From: a virus
Direction: 5' to 3' (one strand)
IMG/VR virus record: IMGVR_UViG_3300029720_000017
DNA: 54,276 nucleotides
This document shows, one piece after another, positions 34,717 through 43,075 of this stretch. Position numbers and translations under genes: made by a program. The notes under the pieces were generated by a model. The model did not search any database and was not told the DNA's origin. It saw only the letters and a program-made list of their open reading frames with translations. Each line of letters starts with the position of its first letter. Positions within the stretch are counted from its first letter, which is position 1.

Positions 34717-35531
34717 TACCTGTATTCGTACCTTCCTACAAGCGTCCCAAGGCTAAATTCCTTGTACGCGCCATGGAGCAGGAATTTCCTCTGTATGTCT
34801 TTGTGCGTAAAGAGGAGAGGGATGCCTACGCATGGATAAAGGAGCGCCCTGATACTACTCTGGTATTGCTGTCCAACGTTTCTAACATTGGTGAGACTCG
34901 CAGAGCCATGTTCCGCTATGCTGTACACCATCGGATACCTAAAATCATCATGGTGGACGATGACGTTACCCGTTTAGACTTGTCTATGGTTGACCCGGTA
35001 TCCGGAAGGGTAAAGGCTTCCGGCAATGTGACTGGTCATACTGAGAGCTGGAACAAGGTCATTACTCGGTTTGAAAATCTCTGGGGTAAACAGGCCATGT
35101 TCGGTGCCTCTTATAGACCCTTCAGTTGGTCTATGTCTGAGGAGGAAATTCTCAAGCTGAGTAGAGGTCAGCTTCAGCAGGTCGTTGGTATCAATGTCAA
35201 ACAGATTTACAAGGCTGGCCTGAATTATCAGAGCAATACAGTCGTTGGAAATGAAGACCTGTTCCTCCAGCTGGAGTGCTATCAGCAGGGATTGGAGTGT
35301 GTCAAAACCAATGCTATTCAGTATGACTGTCCCGCTATGGGTGCCGGAGAAGGAGGCTGTAATGCTTCGGAGCTCGGTTCTCTTGCAGAAAAGCAGAGAG
35401 TCAGGGTAGAGGCATTTCTCAAGGCATGTAATAATTCTCCCGCTGTACGAGTGGCTACTACCAGAAGCGGGATTGAGAGTATCAAGTTCAACTGGAAAGA
35501 GATAAACAAGATGATGGAGGGAGTACTATGA
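34713..35531 (+). CDS. GT-A-like glycosyltransferase (candidate DNA glycosyltransferase)
   Basis: MIPVFVPSYKRP at the N-terminus and IIMVDDDV (DxD-type). The genomic context is nucleotide-metabolism genes. Confidence 0.5.
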   Translation: MIPVFVPSYKRPKAKFLVRAMEQEFPLYVFVRKEERDAYAWIKERPDTTLVLLSNVSNIGETRRAMFRYAVHHRIPKIIMVDDDVTRLDLSMVDPVSGRVKASGNVTGHTESWNKVITRFENLWGKQAMFGASYRPFSWSMSEEEILKLSRGQLQQVVGINVKQIYKAGLNYQSNTVVGNEDLFLQLECYQQGLECVKTNAIQYDCPAMGAGEGGCNASELGSLAEKQRVRVEAFLKACNNSPAVRVATTRSGIESIKFNWKEINKMMEGVL

Positions 35532-36004
35532 ATACAAACAGTTGGTTGGATATGGCGGAGATGTACGCTCAGAAGAAGAGCGGTTGTAACAAAGTCGCCG
35601 TAGGTTGTGCCATTGTTAGTCCTGACCGGAGGCAGCTTTTGACTCTGGGAGCAAATCAGGCCATGCCTGACCTGTGCAAGTCGGAGCGTGGCTGTCTGCG
35701 GATGGAGCTCTATGGTGAAGACAGTAAAGCACACCGGAACTCTGGTGATTGCAGAGCCATTCACAGTGAGATTGATGCCATCTCTGGCGCGGCTGAGTGG
35801 GGTGTGTCTCTGCGTGGGGCTATTGCCTTTGTTACTCGGTATCCTTGCGAAAGTTGTGCCAAGGCACTGATTCGTGCCGGTATCAAGGAAGTCTACTATG
35901 GCGGGACTGCTACTGTGAGCGAATATACCAGATACCTGTTCGAGATGTACAAAGTCCGATGCTATCATATTACAGGCTGGCGTGAAGACCTGTCTGACCG
36001 ATAA
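35528..36004 (+). CDS. dCMP deaminase (ComEB/T4 cd-like)
   Basis: HSEIDAI (HxE) and YPCESCAKALIRAGIKEVYY (PCxxC) zinc-deaminase motifs. Confidence 0.8.
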   Translation: MNTNSWLDMAEMYAQKKSGCNKVAVGCAIVSPDRRQLLTLGANQAMPDLCKSERGCLRMELYGEDSKAHRNSGDCRAIHSEIDAISGAAEWGVSLRGAIAFVTRYPCESCAKALIRAGIKEVYYGGTATVSEYTRYLFEMYKVRCYHITGWREDLSDR

Positions 36005-36017
36005 GGAGGAGAATACC

Positions 36018-36521
36018 ATGGCAGATGTAAAGCTAAATCGAGACCAATTGAATGTGCTGGCGAAAGCAAGAATGACCTATGGTGATACTGCACAGATTCT
36101 GGTATCCAATGAGGAGCTCTGTGAGCTGGCTGCGGTATGTGCCAAGTTCCCTCGCTATGAGTCCCCTAACAAGGCTCGAGAAGAGCTCTATGACAAGGCT
36201 GTGGATGAGGTGGCTGACGTCATCATCGTCCTTGACCACATCATCAACATCTTTGGTGTAAAGGACACTGACCTGAGTGCCCGCATCAATGGCAAGATTG
36301 CTCGTTTGACAAACTGGTTGAACAAATCCACCTCTATGGAGCAGACTACCATAGATAGAAACGTCCCTCAGGATGACCCGGAGCAATTATCTCTCTTTGA
36401 GACGATGGGTTGTCCCTGTGTGGGGTGTAGCTACTACAAGAATTTCCTGGAGCTGAAGCTCGGTGGGAAGTGCTATGAGTGCCGAGGAACTGGCAAAAAC
36501 TTCAATCCAAGGGAGGACTAA
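36018..36521 (+). CDS. MazG-like nucleoside triphosphate pyrophosphohydrolase
   Basis: ATG follows AAGGAGGAG. EELCELAA...DEVADVIIVLDHI is the all-alpha MazG EExxE...D pattern. A C-terminal CxxC...CxxC tail is appended. Confidence 0.65.
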   Translation: MADVKLNRDQLNVLAKARMTYGDTAQILVSNEELCELAAVCAKFPRYESPNKAREELYDKAVDEVADVIIVLDHIINIFGVKDTDLSARINGKIARLTNWLNKSTSMEQTTIDRNVPQDDPEQLSLFETMGCPCVGCSYYKNFLELKLGGKCYECRGTGKNFNPRED

Positions 36522-36524
36522 TCC

Positions 36525-38462
36525 ATGCCCATGACATTGAGCGAGTTCAATCGCTTGATAGGACAAGACTCATACGTCCGCTGCATGGGTAAAAAGCGGC
36601 TGGACACAGCGATTGTGAATGAAGCTGCTGCAGATGCTCATCTGTTCTCCGGAGGTCAGATTGGCTGGTGGGTTCGTACCGGATACATAGTCGTTGACAT
36701 AGACGAGGGTAAAGCAGAAGCTCTTAAAGTCATCAAGGCTCTTGGTCTCAAGACTCTGATGGCGAAGACTCCAAAGGGGTTGCATCTGTATTTCAAATGT
36801 GATAAGGAATACCCTCAGAAGGTCGGTATGGTTCTGCCCTGTGGTCTGAAGTGTGACTTCCGTTGTGCAAACAAGGGGTACGTGATTCTTCCGTGGGGTA
36901 CAGATGGTCGTTCCTTCAACAAGTGCCGACAGATTGCAGAGCTCCCGCCGGAGTGGACACCTATGGTCAACCGGAAGGAGACCCTCCTTGGACTGAAGGA
37001 TGGCGATGGCCGGAATGCTACCTTATTTGCACATTTGATGGCATACAAAAATCGTGGAGCAGACGATGACCAGATTGAGCGCATAGCGCACGTCATAAAC
37101 CAGTATATCTTTGACGAGCCTATGGCGGATAAGGAACTGGAGCGTATCATAGAGAATACCAAGAACTATGAAGCGGCCAAGCAGTTCGACAATCCGTATC
37201 TCCTGTACAATGGCAAGGGCATTCCCAATGGCGTGAACTACCGAGCCATTTGTGATGCCTTTGTCAATCGAGGGGACATCTTTGTTCTGGGTGGTGAATG
37301 CTACCAGTACAAGGAGGGTGTATACTCTGAGGCCAGCAGCTTCGTTCGGAATGCTATCAAGGACATGATTGTGGTTGACAACCTCATTACTCAGACCCGC
37401 ATAATGGAAGCCTATCGGCTCATCACTGATGATACACGGTTACAGAGGACAGCACTGGAACTCAACCGGGACAAGAATCTCATCAACTTCCAGAACGGTG
37501 TATGGGACATAGAACGGAAAGTGCTACTTCCACATGATAGCAAGTATCTTCAGACTCTGCAGATACCTCATGAGGTCGGGGAGTACGTACCCTTTAAGGA
37601 GACCCGGCTCTATGACTTCTTCCAGAAGACTAAACTTCCTAAGGAAGACATCAAGATGCTGCTCAAGTACATGGCCTACTGTCTAACCTTGGACTACGGT
37701 CTGAAGACCTTTATGATTCTCTGTGGTCAGTCCAATACAGGTAAATCAGTTCTCATCCGGTTCTTTGAGACGCTGGTTGGTAAACAAAACGTGTCCTCTT
37801 TGAGTATGCATGAGCTCAACATGAGGTTTTATCCGGCTCAGCTCTATAACCGGCTATTGAATTCCTGTGCTGATAACTCTTCACTTCCTTTGTCCTCAAT
37901 TGAAAATTTGAAGAAGATTACTGGTGGTGACCAGATAATGCACGAGCGCAAAGGTAAAGAGCCATTCTTCTTTGTGCCGTTCTGCAAGCTGATTTTTTCC
38001 TTCAACCAGCTCCCGCTCCAGTTGGAAGAGAAATCCAATGCATTCTATAAGCGCATGAGAATTCTGTTTATGAATAGGGAGCTGTTCTTGAACAACGAAT
38101 ACGTCAATGACCTGTGCAGTGAAGAAAGTGTCTCTCAGATAATTCCCTACCTGTTACACCTACTTCCACTGAAGGAGATTCCTCGTACAAGTATGAGTGA
38201 CCGGTATGTGGAAGCCTTGCGTCAGGATAGTGATAGCATTCATGCATTCGTTTCCAATCATTGCGAGCTCGGTAATGACTGCATAGTGGAGAAGAATGCT
38301 CTGTATGAAGCCTATTGTCGGTTCTGTATTGATACAGGGCGAGAAAGCCATAAAAAGCACGCATTCGCTCGTAACATGAGAGCCAGAGGCTTTAAGGATT
38401 TGAGAGACAGTAAATCCCGGGACTATGTCTGGTCCGGTATTGCTTTAAAGAAAGGGGTGTAA
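36525..38462 (+). CDS. primase-polymerase / P4-D5-type primase-helicase
   Basis: Prim-Pol motifs VVDID and GLHLYF, a PriCT-like region (GRNATLFAHLMAYK) and Walker A CGQSNTGKS. Confidence 0.85.
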   Translation: MPMTLSEFNRLIGQDSYVRCMGKKRLDTAIVNEAAADAHLFSGGQIGWWVRTGYIVVDIDEGKAEALKVIKALGLKTLMAKTPKGLHLYFKCDKEYPQKVGMVLPCGLKCDFRCANKGYVILPWGTDGRSFNKCRQIAELPPEWTPMVNRKETLLGLKDGDGRNATLFAHLMAYKNRGADDDQIERIAHVINQYIFDEPMADKELERIIENTKNYEAAKQFDNPYLLYNGKGIPNGVNYRAICDAFVNRGDIFVLGGECYQYKEGVYSEASSFVRNAIKDMIVVDNLITQTRIMEAYRLITDDTRLQRTALELNRDKNLINFQNGVWDIERKVLLPHDSKYLQTLQIPHEVGEYVPFKETRLYDFFQKTKLPKEDIKMLLKYMAYCLTLDYGLKTFMILCGQSNTGKSVLIRFFETLVGKQNVSSLSMHELNMRFYPAQLYNRLLNSCADNSSLPLSSIENLKKITGGDQIMHERKGKEPFFFVPFCKLIFSFNQLPLQLEEKSNAFYKRMRILFMNRELFLNNEYVNDLCSEESVSQIIPYLLHLLPLKEIPRTSMSDRYVEALRQDSDSIHAFVSNHCELGNDCIVEKNALYEAYCRFCIDTGRESHKKHAFARNMRARGFKDLRDSKSRDYVWSGIALKKGV

Positions 38463-38671
38463 TGATGGAAAGAAAGCCTGTTCCCGGATTTGAAGGGAGC
38501 TACGAAATAGATGCCAATGGTGCTGTGTACAACATGAAGGGACATCCTATAAAGCCCACCAGCACCCCCTATGGAGCTGCTGTTGACCTTTGTGCATACG
38601 GACAGAGGGAGCTGCTGCTCATAGCAGATATTCTCAAGGAGGTTTTCCATGGCAAGAATCACAGTGCTTGA
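38462..38671 (+). CDS. NUMOD4-only remnant of an HNH homing endonuclease
   Basis: PVPGFEGSYEIDANGAVYNMKGHPIKP is a NUMOD4 motif. The ORF is 69 aa with no nuclease domain. Confidence 0.55.
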   Translation: MMERKPVPGFEGSYEIDANGAVYNMKGHPIKPTSTPYGAAVDLCAYGQRELLLIADILKEVFHGKNHSA

Positions 38672-38969
38672 TGCCTACCGTGTAGCGATTAAGACCTTGG
38701 AGGGTCTGCCTGATAAGAGTCTGGTCAGTAAGACCGGAAAAAGAGTCACAATTCATGAGGTCGCAGGGGTTCTCCGTACGGTTGCCCACTGGTGCTACCC
38801 TGAGCTGTCCTCTGAGGACATCCAGAAGGTCGTCAGGTGTGAAAAGTGCGAGCACTATCATCGTTACCGTAAGAAGAGTGAGTACAAGTCTCCCATTGTA
38901 TACATGTGTGATATCGACAAGGTTCGTCGTCCGCCGGACTTTTTCTGTAAGGATGGTGTAGAGAAATGA
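38649..38969 (+). CDS. Cys-motif protein (CxxC...C...DFFC)
   Basis: Contains VRCEKCEHY...YMCDIDKVRRPPDFFCKDGVEK, the same family as 28470-28751. Confidence 0.55.
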   Translation: MARITVLDAYRVAIKTLEGLPDKSLVSKTGKRVTIHEVAGVLRTVAHWCYPELSSEDIQKVVRCEKCEHYHRYRKKSEYKSPIVYMCDIDKVRRPPDFFCKDGVEK

Positions 38970-39328
38970 AACAGAAGATAGGGCGTGTCGGCTCTACAGA
39001 AGAGCCTATTTCTGATGCTCAGGTTGTGTTTCATGCTGTTTACAACCTTCTGTATGAAAAGATAGAGCAGGAGCCGAACAAGGGTATTGTCGTTTCCAAG
39101 GGCAATCCCAACCAACGAAAAGTCTCTTGGTCTAAGGTGCTGCGAATGGCTCACATGCTTGAAGACTTCTTTGCTCTGAGGAGTCAGCGCTGTGGGGAAG
39201 AAGTCTGCCAGACCTGTAAGTACTGGGAATCCATTTCTGAGGTATCTCCTTGGATGGGAGCCTGTAAAAAGTACACAAAACGCATGCACGCATTAGAGCG
39301 TTGTAAGAAATGGAGGGAGTCCTCATGA
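38966..39328 (+). CDS. Cys-motif hypothetical protein
   Basis: Contains VCQTCKYW...GACKKY...RCKKW. Confidence 0.5.
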   Translation: MKQKIGRVGSTEEPISDAQVVFHAVYNLLYEKIEQEPNKGIVVSKGNPNQRKVSWSKVLRMAHMLEDFFALRSQRCGEEVCQTCKYWESISEVSPWMGACKKYTKRMHALERCKKWRESS

Positions 39329-41031
39329 GTTACCAGTATGCCACAATCGATATTGAGACTACCGGTCTTAACCGTTACAAGGACTCCATCACGTGGATTG
39401 GTGTGGGTCTTGCGAAAACCATTGATGATGACCTGTCCAAAATTCTCATCTATGACGGCACCTCCAAGTCGGACATGCAAAAGTTTCGCAACGTGATGAA
39501 GCACGTCAGGGAAGCCAAGGCCAAGACAGTGTTTCAGAACGGAAAGTTCGATACTCTGTTTATCGAGCAGCAGCTCGGTCTGAAAATCCCTATTCATGAG
39601 GATACCATGCTCATGGGAACTGCCTATGACCTCGTAGCTGAGCATGGTCTGAAGAAGATGGCTCAGGCGTACCTCGGCGTCCCTGACTGGGATATCTCCA
39701 AGAAGGAAAAGCTCGGTGGAGACCGGGAAACTGTTGTCCCATACCTAAAATGCGACGTCAAGTACACATGGCAGCTTTTCCAATACCTGTGTGCTCACAT
39801 GAATTCCCAGCAGATGAAAATCTATACAGACCTGCTTCGTCCTGCTTACAGGGCATACCGAGACATCGAACGGAATGGCCTGTACCTTGACCTGAGTGCC
39901 CTGAAGTCCGTACAGAAGAAGTACGGTGACGAGGAGAAGCGGCTTGCCAAGGAGCTCAAGGCTCACCATGACATCAATTGGAATAGCTCTGCTCAGGTTG
40001 CTCATGCGCTGTTTGACCTTGATGGTATACCGTCTCTGTACAAAACAGGCAAAGGTGCTCCTTCTGTGGCTGCGGATGTCTTGAAGGAACTGTCTATGCA
40101 GGGATATGAAGTTCCCAAGCTGTTACTCCAGTACAAAGACGCTGCTACCAGAAATAAAATGTTCCTCAACCGATGGGAAAGTGACTGCTATGAAAGTAGG
40201 ATACACCCAAACTTCAACCTCACCAATGTAGTCTCAGGCCGTACCAGCTGTAACAATCCCAACCTCCAGCAAGTTCCCAGAACAAAGGATATCAGAGGTC
40301 TGTTTGCAGGTGCCCCCGGTATGATTCTTTTTGAGGCTGACTACTCACAGTTGGAGTTGAGAATAGCTGCCCACTATGCCAATGAGAAGACCATGCTGAA
40401 CATCTACCGTAACAATGGTGATATCCATACAGAGACTGCCAAGCTGTTCACTAATGGTCGCGAGCCTACTAAGGAAGAGCGCGGCAAGGCCAAGGCCGTG
40501 AATTTCGGTTTTCTGTATGGTATGCAGGCCAAGAAGTTCGTGAAGTACGCCTTAGACAGCTACGGACAAACCTTCACTCAGCACGAGGCCGAGCACATCC
40601 GTGACCTGTTCTTTGCCAAGTACTCTCGCCTATTGCCATGGCATAAGGAACAAGAAGCACTCTGCGAGATGCAGGGTGGTGTAGCTAATATGTTCGGCCG
40701 GTTCCGTCGTCTGCCCCTGATTTACTCAGGGAACAAGTGGGAACGCGCCAGTGCTGCCCGTCGTGCTATCAATACCCCGGTTCAAGGCTCTGGCTCTGAC
40801 CTTCTCATTTCTGCTGTAACTCAAATCAACAAGGAGCTCAAGGGGATTGCATGGGTCGGAGCTACCGTACACGACTCCATCATTGGAGAGTGCCGTGAAG
40901 AGGACAAGGAATTCGTGGATAAGACCATCCGCCGGATTATGAAGCACCCTCCTGTCTTGGACAAGTTTGGAGTGGAGCTGCGTGTCCCCTTGGATGTGGA
41001 CATTGGATGGGGTCCTTGGGGAACTCACTAA
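39325..41031 (+). CDS. polA: family A DNA polymerase with a 3'-5' exonuclease domain
   Basis: Exo I ATIDIETTG; motif A DYSQLELRIAAH; motif B RGKAKAVNFGFLYGM; motif C TVHDSI. ATG follows GGAGGGAG. Confidence 0.9.
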   Translation: MSYQYATIDIETTGLNRYKDSITWIGVGLAKTIDDDLSKILIYDGTSKSDMQKFRNVMKHVREAKAKTVFQNGKFDTLFIEQQLGLKIPIHEDTMLMGTAYDLVAEHGLKKMAQAYLGVPDWDISKKEKLGGDRETVVPYLKCDVKYTWQLFQYLCAHMNSQQMKIYTDLLRPAYRAYRDIERNGLYLDLSALKSVQKKYGDEEKRLAKELKAHHDINWNSSAQVAHALFDLDGIPSLYKTGKGAPSVAADVLKELSMQGYEVPKLLLQYKDAATRNKMFLNRWESDCYESRIHPNFNLTNVVSGRTSCNNPNLQQVPRTKDIRGLFAGAPGMILFEADYSQLELRIAAHYANEKTMLNIYRNNGDIHTETAKLFTNGREPTKEERGKAKAVNFGFLYGMQAKKFVKYALDSYGQTFTQHEAEHIRDLFFAKYSRLLPWHKEQEALCEMQGGVANMFGRFRRLPLIYSGNKWERASAARRAINTPVQGSGSDLLISAVTQINKELKGIAWVGATVHDSIIGECREEDKEFVDKTIRRIMKHPPVLDKFGVELRVPLDVDIGWGPWGTH

Positions 41032-41121
41032 AATAGTGCGAAAACTGTAGAAAAACAAAGACCAGGGATGAGAGATAAAGCCAGTCAGCAAAATTTCCTC
41101 AAAAATACTCAATTTTGGGGC

Positions 41122-41150
41122 TTTACTTTTTCAATCCGCCATGTTATAAT
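41122..41150 (+). promoter_or_regulatory. promoter P4 (TTTACT-N17-TATAAT)
   Basis: TTTACT at 41122 and TATAAT at 41145. Confidence 0.7.
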
Positions 41151-41211
41151 ACACAATGTAAACAGGAGCTGACCGCTTCAACAAAACAATAATCTTAAGG
41201 AGGATACAACA

Positions 41212-41658
41212 ATGTTGGATGTCAAGAAGGGCGATAAGGTCATCGTCAAGGGTTTTACCGGTATCAAGCTGTGCGTTTCTGAGGTCGCTGAGGCTACCAA
41301 GAAGACCATCACTGTCCTGAAGAAGGATGGCAGCGAGATGGTCTTTGACCGTAAGACCTGCAAGCAGATTAACGTCGAGGAGGGTAAGGAGAAGTACGCC
41401 AACTCCGTCATGGAGGATGATGGCAGTTATGTCGCTCCTTCTACCAAGAAGGTCGTCAAGAAGAAGGGCAAGAAGGTCGCCAAGCCTGTCACCAAGAAGG
41501 CCAAGCCTGAGCCCGAAGACGATGAGGATGAGGACGACGAGGAGGAAGAGGAAGTCAAGCCCGCCAAGAAGTCCAAGCCCGCCAAGAAAGCAGCCAAGAA
41601 GTCCAAGAAGGTCGTTGAGGAAGACGACGATGACGACTTCGAGGATATGGATGACTGA
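41212..41658 (+). CDS. small protein with a polyampholyte K-rich/acidic C-terminal tail
   Basis: AAGGAGG RBS and own promoter. The N-terminal ~75-aa globular part is followed by KKVVKKKGKKVAKP..EDDEDEDDEEEEE..KKSKPAKKAAKKSKK..DDDDDFEDMDD. Confidence 0.7.
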   Translation: MLDVKKGDKVIVKGFTGIKLCVSEVAEATKKTITVLKKDGSEMVFDRKTCKQINVEEGKEKYANSVMEDDGSYVAPSTKKVVKKKGKKVAKPVTKKAKPEPEDDEDEDDEEEEEVKPAKKSKPAKKAAKKSKKVVEEDDDDDFEDMDD

Positions 41659-41886
41659 TTCAACGGCTGGGGGCCTCTAATGCAGCTCAAGACTGGTGGG
41701 AAAGCCTTTACTGGCGAGTAACTCGGTGTACACCACTCAAAAGTGTACCTCGCTTGAACGGTGACAAGCCCGTGTAAATGCAGAGTCGAGGAGTGCGTGT
41801 GTTGAACCCCCACACGCCATATAACGGGAGGCTCCGTCTTGCCGCCTTTCTGGGAGGTAGAGAGTCGACGGCGGAGCCTCTTCTAT

Positions 41887-41961
41887 GCAGATGTAGCTCA
41901 ATGGTAGAGCATTCGGCTGTTAACCGAAGGGTTGTTGGTTCGAGCCCAACCGTCTGCGCCA
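41887..41961 (+). tRNA. tRNA-Asn: tRNA-Asn (anticodon GUU), CCA encoded
   Basis: Hand-folded cloverleaf. Acceptor GCAGATG/CGTCTGC, D stem GCTC/GAGC, anticodon stem TTCGG/CCGAA with loop CTGTTAA, variable loop GGGTT, T arm GTTGG-TTCGAGC-CCAAC, discriminator G and CCA. Confidence 0.85.
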
Positions 41962-42138
41962 CCGTCGGTACAGCACGACGGCCAATACTCTTTCCCCTAC
42001 TGGAAGCTGTGACCGTAAGTAAGTTCTGACCTCGGTCAGAGAGTACAGCTCACCTGCGTAATCTGGGTGCTCCGAAACCAATCGGCAGGTCTATTTCTAT
42101 GAAGGGAGGAAAGAACCATACATATCAGCTATTCCAGG

Positions 42139-43071
42139 ATGTCCACTTACCTCAACTGTCCTTATCAGCACTGGTTACGATACGTCAGACGGCTGGAGAA
42201 GAAAGCGCCGGAAAGACCTCTGTACTTCGGCACTGATTTCCACAAGCTGCTGGAACTTCGGAACGACCCAGCTGCATTGAAGGAGGCCAAGCAAGTCATC
42301 AAGGATACCTACTACGAGTTACCGGCTTCACAGCAGGGTGTACTCGGTGAGAACTACATTGATGACCTGTTTACCATCTTTAAGGACTATCGACGTCTGT
42401 ACAAGGACGTTCGTCAGCCTCAAGTCACCGAAAAGGAATTCGAGCTGGAAGTTGGACGTATAAACAACGAGCCTATTATCTTTGTTGGGAAGATTGACGA
42501 GCTGTACCTCATGAAGAGACAGGGAGTCAAGTACATCACCATCGGTGAACACAAGACGTTCACCAACAAGCCAAACGCCGAAACCTTGGTTATGAACACA
42601 CAGAAGTGTCTCTACGCAAAGGCGGCGTATCTTTTGAAGGGTGTATTACCTGACAAGGTAAAATGGGATTACATTAAGTCCACTCCAGCGGCTGAGCCGA
42701 TTTGGCTTGAGAAGACAGGACGGTTCAGTGAGGCTACGTCCACCAAAATCACTCCTATGAGCTGGCGGCGAGCCTGTAAGAGTAGAAACATCATTGACCC
42801 AGAAATTCTCCATAAAGGAGACCGATACAAGGACAACATCACAGAGTTCTTCTTCCAAGTTGAGCTCCCCATAGACCCGAAGATGGTGGATATCATCTGG
42901 GATGGGTATCTGTATACCGCCCAGAACATCATCCGTTGCGGGGCTAATAACAAGACTCATAATGTTACCCGGAACTGCTCTTGGTGTAGTTACCATGACA
43001 TCTGTTATGCCGAGATGACCGGGGGTGACGTTGAGTATACTATCGCAAAAGACTTTGTAGAGAAGGAGTGA
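42139..43071 (+). CDS. Cas4/RecB-like PD-(D/E)XK exonuclease with a 4-Cys cluster
   Basis: N-terminal Cys in YLNCPYQHW, GKIDELY...GEHKT (D...ExK) and the C-terminal CSWCSYHDIC. The true start may lie upstream of the ATG (see findings). Confidence 0.75.
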   Translation: MSTYLNCPYQHWLRYVRRLEKKAPERPLYFGTDFHKLLELRNDPAALKEAKQVIKDTYYELPASQQGVLGENYIDDLFTIFKDYRRLYKDVRQPQVTEKEFELEVGRINNEPIIFVGKIDELYLMKRQGVKYITIGEHKTFTNKPNAETLVMNTQKCLYAKAAYLLKGVLPDKVKWDYIKSTPAAEPIWLEKTGRFSEATSTKITPMSWRRACKSRNIIDPEILHKGDRYKDNITEFFFQVELPIDPKMVDIIWDGYLYTAQNIIRCGANNKTHNVTRNCSWCSYHDICYAEMTGGDVEYTIAKDFVEKE

Positions 43072-43075
43072 TTCC

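Noticed and set aside
41828-41880. Stem-loop just upstream of tRNA-Asn as a second tRNA or tmRNA-like gene.
   Set aside because: I could not find a T-loop (GTTCRA), a D-arm or an acceptor/CCA arrangement. I keep it only as an unexplained structure.
41708-41962. 84-aa minus-strand ORF and 83-aa plus-strand ORF (41778-42029) overlapping the tRNA region.
   Set aside because: They overlap a well-folded tRNA-Asn and its flanking hairpins and have no RBS.
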